Source: Nemertoderma westbladi (lineage: Eukaryota; Animalia; Xenacoelomorpha). Taken from it: a stretch of 64,000 nt of DNA. A model generated the notes under the pieces. That model had not been told where the DNA came from, did no database searches, and saw only the letters and a program-made list of their open reading frames with translations. The stretch spans positions 1,914-65,913 of the forward strand of contig JAUCBJ010003020.1 in the NCBI GenBank assembly GCA_032718475.1. The letters are read 5' to 3'. The first letter of the stretch is position 1. Every line of letters starts with the position of its first letter. Below are positions 53,088 through 64,000 of this stretch, piece by piece. The translations under genes were made by a program, and so were the position numbers.

Positions 53088-54264
53088 CTAAGACGGAGGG
53101 TTCCTGCATAAACTCTGGGAGATCTGGACCCGTTGGCGCCATAATCCAGCCGTCGTACAGCTTCAACACGGCGTTCATGGTCCGGTTCTCGGAGAACGGG
53201 AGGATCATAGCCTGTCGGAAGACTTCGTGGACGATGTCGACGTAATGCCGGGTGGAGAAGAGAACCCGTCGAAGAATCGTAGAGTCTCCGGACCGTCCGA
53301 CGGGGGGAGGCGGTCGTTCCGAATCCGTGTCGCCATGGAGACTGACCACGGAACCCCTCGCGCCCTCCTGTTTGCCCAGAATGACCACAGTGAACCAGGT
53401 GACCACCTTAACGCGGGAGGCGAGTAGCGAACGATTCCAGCGGGTCTCGGAACCTCGGACGCCCGGTATCGGACGCTTCCGACTGTACAATCCGAATTCT
53501 GGGGTGAAATCCGGGAAGATCTTTATCAAATAATGCGATTTAAATATCTCGAATAGGAAACTACAACTTTTTTCGTGCCAATACAAAGGGTCTTCGTTCC
53601 ACTCGAGGTAACATATCTGCGTGTCCATAAACTCCAGGAGAGTCTGCAGGTAGACGTTGGTAGCGTCGTCGGGTTGGCGTTCCTTGCCGTCTATAGGGAT
53701 GATTGGCAGGCAGTCGGCGGCGGATACCCCGTAGTCGTTGGCCCCCGACGGGGCGAGAGAACGCGAGCGGGAGGCCGCATCGGGGGTGTCGTTTATACCG
53801 GGAACGAGGTTCGCGTATATCACCAAACAGTCGCCTTCTGCGTTCTCTTGCAGGGCTAACATCCACAGAAGGAATAAACGCATTCCGGTCATCCGCAGAT
53901 GGAGTTTGTTCAACGGGTTTAACAGTTTCTTCATGACGCGGGTTATCGAGTTGAACTGCCATTTCTTGTGTATGAGATCGGGTAGCATCCATAAGATGTT
54001 CTCGAGTATCGTCAGAACCGAGTCAAGGTCTTCTCGTTGTGCTCGATGAGCTCTCTGTCGGACAGTCGCCTCGACTGCAACAAAACTCTCGTACCAAATA
54101 AAATATATGATGGAGGAATTAGCGTTGAAGAAATGTTTAACGTCTTTCGTATCCGAATAATCGATAAACAATCGCAAATGTTTGAGACGAGTTAGAACGT
54201 CTTTCTTGTTATCCAGTATCTTTTGAATTGTTTTCCTGACGTCTTGACCTTTCTTACTGAACAT
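53088..54264 (-). CDS. RALGAPA: Ral GTPase-activating protein alpha subunit, coding exon 1
   Basis: MFSKKGQDVRKTIQKILDNKKDVLTRLKHLR, LPDLIHKKWQFNSI, VHEVFRQA. Donor TTAG|GTGAG after 1177 nt (phase 1) joins exon 2 in frame, giving 1969 aa. Confidence 0.95.
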
Positions 54265-54373
54265 ATCGAATAGAGTTCAGTAGTTGCAAAAGACAGAAAG
54301 AATGGCAAAGTTATTTCAGTTACAGTCTGACAGTCAGATACACACAGTCTGACAGTTCTACAGTTGGGATACA

Positions 54374-54991
54374 TGACTGCATGACCGAACGTAATCAGGA
54401 TCGAATGCAACATAGTTATTACGTATCGAACGTAACTAGTAACCGCAATTATGTTACATTGGCAGATTGGGATTGGATCCTATAACTATGTTACATTCGA
54501 TCTACAAATTAATAAGCCCGAATTTAACATTGCCATTTACTGATTTAAAGGAGCAGGTTATCGAGGCGTGTTGGGGGAACCAAAACAATAAACGGAAGTT
54601 AACACATGTTACAAGATTATGCAGGTCTGCAGGTAACTTTTATTTAAAGGAGCAGGTTACAGATGCGTGTTGGGGGAACCAAAACAATAAACGAAAGTTA
54701 ACACATGTTACAAGATTATGCAGGTTACTTAATTGGGTCTTGGGTCTTTGTTTTGTACTCACCAAACTGTTTCTTCCTGTAAATAAACGAAGCATTCATC
54801 GGTTTACTCCTGAAATCAAAACATAACCAGACAACTGAAATAAATGTATGTTACATTCGTGCTTAGTAGGCTAATTTGTAAATGGAATTTAACATAGTTA
54901 TAGGATCCAATGTAACATAATTGAGGTTACCCTACGTTCGATTCGTAAAAACTATGTTACAGTCGATCCTGATTACACGTTCGGTCTGTCA
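54374..54991. mobile_element. Fold-back MITE with ~150-bp imperfect TIRs, 110 bp upstream of the RALGAPA ATG
   Basis: GACCGAACGTAATCAGGATCGA...GGATCCTATAACTATGTTA versus the reverse complement at 54848-54986; an internal 99-bp tandem duplication (54544, 54643). Confidence 0.75.
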
Positions 54992-56117
54992 CCCTCACCC
55001 CTGCAGTTGACAATCTGATACTGACAGTCAGTAACTGTCTGCCTGCTGGCCTGTATAACGGAACGGTAGGCTATTAGATAACCAAGGCTGCAAGGACAGG
55101 AAGGACTATAACAATAACAAATTAAGTACCGGTACAGTACCGGTACGGCATGCGGATGTGAGACTTTTTTTTACTTTATTTAACTTTTCACAGTCAGACG
55201 GTACTACAGTAGGCCTATGCATTTATGCAATATGCATGCTAGGTGGAGGGGGTTTACCTTAAGTTTTTTTTTAATTAATTAAAAAAAATATATTAGGATA
55301 CTGAAAGCGTGGGCAGCATTAATAGAGTAATATAACTGAAGCGTAAACTGTAATGACGCTGGTAATTTTTTTTTCAATTAGAACAATATATTCGATATAA
55401 AAACGCAACGGAAAACACTATTTCCCACTCATTTTCTTTAGCAAAATTAAGTTACTCTGCCCAGTGCACAGTGCAGAATTTAACGGCGAATCCTTATATG
55501 TAAATTATCATCATGTTTACTTTTACAGATATTTCGATTTTACTTTGGCATGTTTTCATATCAATCAATATTACCGAGAAAAATGTGTTTCCTGAAAGAT
55601 AGACTGATAGAGACTAGAATTTGCCAAACATAAAAACTGATATCGGAAATGAAATCAGCGACCTCGAAATCAACCATGTGGTGAACCTTTTAGCTAGGTG
55701 GTGTCTTATATTATGTTTGGCATAGGCATAAACAGACAAACGGGCCTTCCGACAGACAACCAGACAGGCAGACTAGATTGTGCGAAACATGAAAACTGAT
55801 ATCAGAAATGAAATAACCGACCACGAAAACCCCCGCTGCGAAAATACCAGATATCTGCTACTGTATCTTAATATGAGTCATATATGTCTATTTTATTCAT
55901 TCATACAGTATTAATAGTCAGATAGAGACAGGCAATTAGCGCGGGGGGGGGGGGGGTTAAATTTAAATACATTTTGCTTCAAATTTGTATTTCTCGAGTT
56001 TCTTGTCTCCACCGTACCTCTTGGTGGTGCAAAACGAATTTGCTTTTTTCGTGTCTCCTACGAACTACTCAGTGATCCAACGCGGATTGTTCTTCTCTCA
56101 AACCATACCACATCGAT

Positions 56118-56562
56118 GGCTCTCTTACAGTTTGCCGTGCCACCTATATATTCAATGTAATTCTATTTAGATTGTAATATACTCTACAGGGTAAGTACAA
56201 TATTACATTTTGTTACGTTTAAATTTTTTATACTATCTAGTTTTTGTTTCTTATTTTTATGGTTCTAGAACATATTATATATTCACTTAATATACAAATT
56301 TTGTTCTAGAACAAATATTTATTGTTCTAGAACAAAAAAAAGCACTGGCTAATTTGATAATTTTTTAAATTTTTTTTATTGTATGTAATCTTTGTATACA
56401 TTTTTTATACTAGCTAGTTTTTTTACTTTTTTTTAAAAATGTTCTAGAACATATTATCTATTAATTTAATATAAAAATTATTTTATTCGAGAACAAATAT
56501 TTTAAGATCATTTCATTATATCAAAAAATTGCTATAATGGCACGGCAAAGTGTAAGAGTCCC
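56118..56562. mobile_element. MITE with ~25-bp TIRs and repeated GTTCTAGAAC palindromes
   Basis: GGCTCTCTTACAGTTTGCCGTGCCA ... TGGCACGGCAAAGTGTAAGAGTCCC; TSD not clear. Confidence 0.7.
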
Positions 56563-59500
56563 CTCGGTGATACAAAACCGATTCGTCTTGTTCTTCTCTC
56601 AACCATACCACTCGGTGATACAAAACCGATTCGTCTTGTTCTTCTCTCAACCATACCACTCGGTGATACAAAACCGATTCGTCTTGTTCTTCTCTCAACC
56701 ATACACTCGATGATACAAAACCGATTCGTCTTGTTCTTCTCTCAACCATACCACTCGGTTGCCTTGTTCTTCTCTCAACCATACACTCGGTGATACAAAA
56801 CCGATTCGTCTTGTTCTTCTCTCAACCATACACTCGGTGATACAAAACCGATTCGTCTTGTTCTTCTCTCAACCATACACTCGATGATACAAAACCGATT
56901 CGTCTTGTTCTTCTCTCAACCATACCACTCGGTGATACAAAACCGATTCGTCTTGTTCTTCTCTCAACCATACACTCGGTGATACAAAACCGATTCGTCT
57001 TGTTCTACTCTCAACCATACACTCGGTGATACAAAACCGATTCGTCTTGTTCTTCTCTCAACCATACCACTCGGTTGCCTTGTTCTTCTCTCAACCATAC
57101 CACTCGGTGATACAAAACCGATTCGTCTTGTTCTTCTCTCAACCATACACTCGGTGATACAAAACCGATTCGTCTTGTTCTACTCTCAACCATACACTCG
57201 GTGATACAAAACCGATTCGTCTTGTTCTTCTCTCAACCATACCACTCGGTTGCCTTGTTCTTCTCTCAACCATATCACTCGGTGATACAAAACCGATTCG
57301 TCTTGTTCTTCTCTCAACCATACCACTCGGTGATACAAAACCGATTCGTCTTGTTCTTCTCTCAACCATACAATCGGTGATACAAAACCGATTCGTCTTG
57401 TTCTTCTCTCAACCATACCACTCGGTTGCCTTGTTCTTCTCTCAACCATATCACTCGGTGATACAAAACCGATTCGTCTTGTTCTTCTCTCAACCATACA
57501 ATCGGTGATACAAAACCGATTCGTCTTGTTCTTCTCTCAACCACCACTCGGTGATGCAAAACCGATTCGTCTTGTTCTTCTCTCAACCATACCACTCGGT
57601 GATACAAAACCGATTCGTCTTGTTCTTCTCTCAACCATACACTCGGTGATACAAAACCGATTCGTCTTGTTTTTCTCTCAACCAAACCACTCGGTGATAC
57701 AAAACCGATTCGTCTTGTTCTTCTCTCAACCATACCACTCGGTGATACAAAACCGATTCGTCTTGTTCTTCTCTCAACCATACACTCGGTGATACAAAAC
57801 CGATTCGTCTTGTTTTTCTCTCAACCAAACCACTCGGTGATACAAAACCGATTCGTCTTGTTCTTCTCTCAACCATACCACTCGGTGATACAAAACCGAT
57901 TTGTCTTGTTCTTCTCTCAACCATACACTCGGTGATACAAAACCGATTCGTCTTGTTTTTCTCTCAACCAAACCACTCGGTGATACAAAACCGAGTCGTC
58001 TTGTTCTTCTCTCAACCATACCACTCGGTGATACAAAACCGATTCGTCTTGTTCTTCTCTCAACCAAACCACTCGGTGATACAAAACCGATTCGTCTTGT
58101 TTTTCTCTCAACCATACACTAGGTGATACAAAACCGATTCGTCTTGTTTTTCTCTCAACCAAACCACTCGGTGATACAAAACCGATTCGTCTTGTTCTTC
58201 TCTCAACCATACCACTCGGTGATACAAAACCGATTCGTCTTGTTTTTCTCTCAACCAAACCACTCGGTGATACAAAACCGATTCGTCTTGTTCTTCTCTC
58301 AACCATACCACTCGGTGATACAAAACCGATTCGTCTTGTTCTTCTCTCAACCATACCACTCGGTGATACAAAACCGATTCGTCTTGTTCTTCTCTCAACC
58401 ATACACTCGGTGATATAAAACCGATTCGTCTTGTTCTTCTCTCAACCATATCACTCGGTGATACAAAACCGATTCGTCTTGTTCTTCTCTCAACCATACC
58501 ACTCGGTGATACAAAACCGATTCGTCTTGTTCTTCTCTCAACCATACACTCGGTGATATAAAACCGATTCGTCTTGTTCTTCTCTCAACCATATCACTCG
58601 GTGATACAAAACCGATTCGTCTTGTTCTTCTCTCAACCATACACTCGGTGATACAAAACCGATTCGTCTTGTTCTTCTCTCAACCATACACTCGGTGATA
58701 CAAAACCGATTCGTCTTGTTTTTCTCTCAACCATACCACTCGGTGATACAAAACCGATTCGTCTTGTTCTTCTCTCAACCATACCACTCGGTGATACAAA
58801 ACCGATTCGTCTTGTTCTTCTCTCAACCATACCACTCGGTGATACAAAACCGATTCGTCTTGTTCTTCTCTCAACCATACCACTCGGTGATACAAAACCG
58901 ATTCGTCTTGTTCTTCTCTCAACCATACACTCGGTGATACAAAACCGATTCGTCTTGTTCTTCTCTCAACCATACACTCGGTGATACAAAACCGATTCGT
59001 CTTGTTCTTCTCTCAACCATACACTCGGTGATACAAAACCGATTCGTCTTGTTCTTCTCTCAACCATACACTCGGTGATACAAAACCGATTCGTCTTGTT
59101 CTTCTCTCAACCATACCACTCGGTGATACAAAACCGATTCGTCTTGTTCTTCTCTCAACCATACACTCGGTGATACAAAACCGATTCGTCTTGTTCTTCT
59201 CTCAACCATATCACTCGGTGATACAAAACCGATTCGTCTTGTTCTTCTCTCAACCATACCACTCGGTGATACAAAACCGATTCGTCTTGTTCTTCTCTCA
59301 ACCATACCACTCGGTGATACAAAACCGATTCGTCTTGTTCTTCTCTCAACCATACCACCACTCGGTTGCCTTGTTCTTCTCTCAACCAAATCACTCGGTG
59401 ATACAAAACCTATTCGTCTTGTTCTTCTCTCAACCATACCACTCGGTGATACAAAACCGATTCGTCTTGTTCTTCTCTCAACCATACAATCGGTGATACA

Positions 59501-59620
59501 AAACCGATTCGTCTTGTTCTTCTCTCAACCATACCACTCGGTGATACAAAACCGATTCGTCTTGTTCTTCTCTCAACCATACCACTACTCGTTTGCCTTG
59601 TTGTTTTCTCAACCACCACT
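56563..59620. repeat. 47/48-bp satellite (~65 copies) with 33-bp deletion variants; old diverged units at ~55990-56115 and 59620-59815
   Basis: Unit CTCGGTGATACAAAACCGATTCGTCTTGTTCTTCTCTCAACCATAC(C)A. Confidence 0.97.
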
Positions 59621-60220
59621 CGGTTTTACAAAAGCGATTTGCCTTGTTCTTTTCTCCACCGTATTTACTCGGTGATCCAAAACCGATTTGTTTTTTCTCT
59701 ACCGTACCTCTCAGTGATTCAACGAGGATTTACTTGCTTTTGACTCCACCGTATTACTCGGTAATCCAACACGGATTTGCTTTGTTCTTGTCACGGTACC
59801 ACTCCAGTGATGCAACATGACTCCACTCCACTATCTATCCACAGCCAAGTATTTATACCGCATTCGCTAATTTTACAAGATCGCCAAATTCTTAACATAT
59901 CTCCCAAGGGCCAAATGATTTAATTAATTGCCATCATGTGGATTTACGACATAAAATTGTTGTACCTGGATGAAGGATTTTGATAATTGGGTATTGGTAA
60001 TAAAGTATGCTGATATGTTTCGAGTTAGTTTTGCCAAGTTTCTAATTCACTTTGATACGACACTTCACACTATTAGTACTATCACCGATTAAAAGTCCCC
60101 ATAGATAAGTTATTATAAATTTATATTCCATTCTTAATATACAAAATTAAATCTTAATGTACAATCTGTGTACAGTATCTTATATTCAAGTAATTTTAAT
60201 TTGAATATAAATTTTAAAGT

Positions 60221-61531
60221 ATGGAAACTGAAAGTAAATCGAGTAAGTCATCATATACATTTGACGTAGTACAGTTCAAGAACGACGACAACAAAGAGTC
60301 AACAATAAAAAATATTTCTCACAAAATTACCGATGATGACGGTAAAATAATCACCGCGGATGAAAATGGTCAAGTACATATTACAATAGCGAAAGAAAAC
60401 GGCAAAGATGCTTTACAATATAAAAAGCGATACATGAGAATGTTCTGTCTGCTGATATTTTTTAACGTCATGTGTCTAGCACTGATAGCGGGATTGTCAT
60501 GGTTTATAATTAAAGATAGTCAAGGCAACCAGGGTAAACAAGAAGTGCTTGATGGTACAGAATCTTCTTCACCTCTGCAGTCGCGTAATGAAATACTTTC
60601 ACTTTCAAAAAATATATCCGCCCTTAATGAAATTGTTCGCGAAAATTCTGATCGTTTCGATAATTTGCTAAATAACTATCGACTTGAAAATAAAGAAGAA
60701 TTTCGAGGATTTGACAACAACATCGACCGACTGGAAAACGAAATCGACCGATTAAACATCAGCCGTATGATGAACTATGAGGTCATCGACGAACAATACG
60801 AATTCTTATCTTCCGAGGTCGTGCTGATGCGATCCGTGTTGGCCGACTTCGGGAAGTCGGTGACGGAATACGAGAGATGTTCCGACCTCCCGTCAGTCCT
60901 GCCGGGGATCTTTTACCCCGTTTCCCCGAACGGCCTCCCTACGGACAGACAGTGGGAGGACACATTGTCGGACGCGTCCGACACACCGCTGCGACTGCGC
61001 TGCGACACTACGACCCTCGGGGGTCCGTGGACCGTGATACAACGACGGGTAGACGCCACTACGAACTTCGACCGCGACTGGGAGGATTACGCAGCCGGTT
61101 TCGGCTCGTTGGAATCCAACTTCTGGTTGGGGTTGAGAAACATCCGACGGATAGTTACCATGGGAAGAACATCGATTCTACGGGTGGAACTCTTGAAGGA
61201 CGGAGAGTCCGGCTACGCCGAGTACAGAGGATTCAATGTATCTACGGAATCGGACGGATTCCGGCTGAGTTTGGGGGAGTTTACCGGGAACGCCGGTGAC
61301 TCATTGTCCGACATCCACAGCGGAATGCGTTTCTCCACGCGGGATCGGGACAGCGATCTGTACAGTAGGAACTGCGCCGAGGTCCATCGGGCCGGGTGGT
61401 GGTTCGCCCAATGCGCCGATGCGAACCTGAATGGAGTCTATGGGGATACGGAGTGCAGGGGTCCTTGTTGGATGACCTTCAGTGGTTCAGAGCCCCTCGA
61501 CAAGGTTGAAATTAAAGTAAAATTATTGTAA
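60221..61531 (+). CDS. Type II transmembrane fibrinogen-related domain protein (FIBCD1-like architecture), intronless
   Basis: 436 aa: cytoplasmic N-terminus, TM MFCLLIFFNVMCLALIAGLSWFII, coiled-coil stalk, then FBG domain (GGPWTVIQRRVD, FDRDWEDYAAGFG, FWLGL, GNAGDSL, FSTRDRDSD, GWWF..C...NLNG). Confidence 0.93.
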   Translation: METESKSSKSSYTFDVVQFKNDDNKESTIKNISHKITDDDGKIITADENGQVHITIAKENGKDALQYKKRYMRMFCLLIFFNVMCLALIAGLSWFIIKDSQGNQGKQEVLDGTESSSPLQSRNEILSLSKNISALNEIVRENSDRFDNLLNNYRLENKEEFRGFDNNIDRLENEIDRLNISRMMNYEVIDEQYEFLSSEVVLMRSVLADFGKSVTEYERCSDLPSVLPGIFYPVSPNGLPTDRQWEDTLSDASDTPLRLRCDTTTLGGPWTVIQRRVDATTNFDRDWEDYAAGFGSLESNFWLGLRNIRRIVTMGRTSILRVELLKDGESGYAEYRGFNVSTESDGFRLSLGEFTGNAGDSLSDIHSGMRFSTRDRDSDLYSRNCAEVHRAGWWFAQCADANLNGVYGDTECRGPCWMTFSGSEPLDKVEIKVKLL

Positions 61532-62097
61532 ATTCATTATATTGATGAATTAAAACATTATTGCTTGAACGGGCAATTATTATTGCAGAATGGTTCCATT
61601 GAACAGAATCTTTTAGACGAACCATATGTCTAAACAACTGTAGCTACCATAGATTTTATACAATTGTGCATAAAACCTGCCCATAGATTGGGTAATTAAT
61701 CGCATTTTTTTGCTGTATTTTCATACTGTACAACAATTTAGTAGTACCTATTATATAGAGACATAGTGGTTATACTATATGTATACAGTCGTAGAAAAAT
61801 TTAATGTAAAGAAATATATATAATTATACACGATTGTTCCCTATATTTCAAAAAAGTCATTTAGAATCTCATCTCAATATCACCTATGTTGACCCCGTTA
61901 TGCATCAGTGTCAATGAATGTATAAGCCATGACTTATTGAGGCCTTGAAGATGATTTTCAACTTGATAAAAATGTAAATATGTTTTTGAGTGAGTACAGT
62001 AGATGCCATATTAAGATTAGTGGCCACACCCATTCTTGCTCTATACCTAATACTATTTCTGAACTGAACACTTACATTTACTGCAAAACTACACTAG

Positions 62098-62882
62098 CAA
62101 ACACCACGAACCGTGGCATTCAAACACCACGAACCGTGTCATTCAAACACCACGAACCGTGGCATTCAAACACCACGAACCGTGGCATTCAAACACCACG
62201 AACCGTGGCATTCAAACACCACGAACCGTGGCATTCAAACACCACGAATCGTGGCATTCAAACACCACGAACCGTGGCATTCAAACACCACGAACCGTGG
62301 CATTCAAACACCACGAACCGTGGCATTCAAACACCACGAACCGTGGCATTCAAACACCACGAACCGTGGCATTCAAACACCACGAACCGTGGCATTCAAA
62401 CACCACGAACCGTGGCATTCAAACACCACGAACCGTGGCATTCAAACACCACGAACCGTGGCATTCAAACACCACGAACCGTGGCATTCAAACACCACGA
62501 ACCGTGGCATTCAAACACCACGAACCGTGGCATTCAAACACCACGAACCGTGGCATTCAAACACCACGAACCGTGGCATTCAAACACCACGAACCGTGGC
62601 ATTCAAACACCACGAACCGTGGCATTCAAACACCACGAACCGTGGCATTCAAACACCACGAACCGTGGCATTCAAACACCACGAACCGTGGCATTCAAAC
62701 ACCACGAACCGTGGCATTCAAACACCACGAACCGTGGCATTCAAACACCACGAACCGTGGCATTCAAACACCACGAACCGTGGCATTCAAACACCACGAA
62801 CCGTGGCATTCAAACACCACGAACCGTGGCATTCAAACACCACGAACCGTGGCATTCAAACACCACGAACCGTGGAATTCAA
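62098..62882. repeat. Nearly perfect 23-bp minisatellite (~34 copies) with an internal palindrome
   Basis: Unit CAAACACCACGAACCGTGGCATT. Confidence 0.97.
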
Positions 62883-64000
62883 TATGTTTCTTCAGTCCTC
62901 ATCCTTCTTAAAGTCACTCACGACAGTTATTTTCAGATATAATGCGATTCGGTTTTATTTCCACACACTATAGTGATTATTACTATGCCTACATGAAGGG
63001 AGATGGTGCTGGCGTTGTAGGACTACATAGTTTCAGATAACCACCCATCTATTCTACGGCGCCAATCCTTACAATCCGCGCGAACCCACACCCCCCCCCC
63101 CCCCCCCCCCCCGCCATAAAAAACAATTCTTGATTCCGGCAAAAATAATTATTCATACGGACCCACAAAACAATTATTCACTCTCACTAAAATAATTACT
63201 TGTCAACTAAACACAATTCTTCCAGCACCAAATATTTTATGGACAATTTATTTATAAAAATTCATTCATTAATATTATTTCCATAAATCAAACAAAATGA
63301 TTAATCATATTATACCGATGGTCCTCGTACCAATAGTCTGCAACTAAGAGTCTGTTTATTTTGGTAGAATATTTCATTATTTTGGAGGAATAAGCATTTA
63401 TTTTGGCGAAATATTATGTTTTTATTTTGGGGATATATGTATTTATTTTGGGGGAATAGGATTGCATTGATTTTACTTTTTTCCCGGCGAAAAAAGTAAA
63501 TTAAAATATTTTTTTTCAATATTCCCTCGACCGTTTATTAACCTCGCTGTCACTCGGTGGGATAAATATTTCTCCATTTGACGCAACACCGCCGCGGCCG
63601 CTATGAGGGAGGTGAATACCGCGGCCGCTCCTAAAGCCGCAGGCCATCGCTAACTATATAGGTTAACTTGGGATTCTGGGGGACTTTTCGATGAAGGAAC
63701 TGACCAAATTTTTTTATTTTCTCACCAGGGGAGCGGCTCGGAATTCTAAGATATTAGCAACTCTAACATCATTAAATCTAACCCTTCGACGGACACGGCG
63801 GACAAAAAACCGTCATTTTTTCGACAATTTTAAAATTTTTTTGAAAGGCGCTCTACAGTGGCTCGAAAAAACCCTAGGTTATTGCTTAGCCGACGCCGGG
63901 ATACGATAGAAGGGATTAATTAGTGAATTCGTCTTTTTTCTTCAAAAAAGATTACCACGCCTTTTTTCCGAAAATGTCCGTCAAAGTTGAAAAAACGGAC

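Noticed and set aside
56516-59675. ORFs from the 48-bp array (16-aa repeats), and similar ORFs at 40085-40954, 52256-52666 and 61980-62973
   Set aside because: Frequent 47-bp units shift frame and several frames are open at once, as expected for tandem-repeat artefacts.
63538-64000. Possible piggyBac-like element start (TTAA|CCTCG..., GCGGCCGC repeats)
   Set aside because: The other end is outside the window, so TIR and TSD cannot be verified.

Overview
Animal (invertebrate-type) nuclear DNA, not prokaryotic; the taxon cannot be fixed from sequence alone. Four well-supported genes: (1) the 3' part of a KAT7/HBO1-type MYST acetyltransferase (+; exons 1-139, 3560-4242, 18293-19186) that unusually carries a double PHD finger; (2) an intronless CDK10 (-) nested in its 14-kb intron, with an 84-aa single-TM ORF 129 bp upstream; (3) RalGAP alpha (-), about 1969 aa from only two coding exons; (4) an intronless type II membrane fibrinogen-domain protein (+). 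The rest is nested transposon debris (CRE, RTE and L2-like LINEs; hAT, MULE, Tc/mariner and other MITEs; Helentron-like elements) and eleven unrelated tandem arrays (5-49 bp units). The most striking signals are a ~26-copy array built from the KAT7 exon/5'-splice-site junction itself, an acceptor-like array just before the last KAT7 exon, and several arrays that start exactly at transposon ends.
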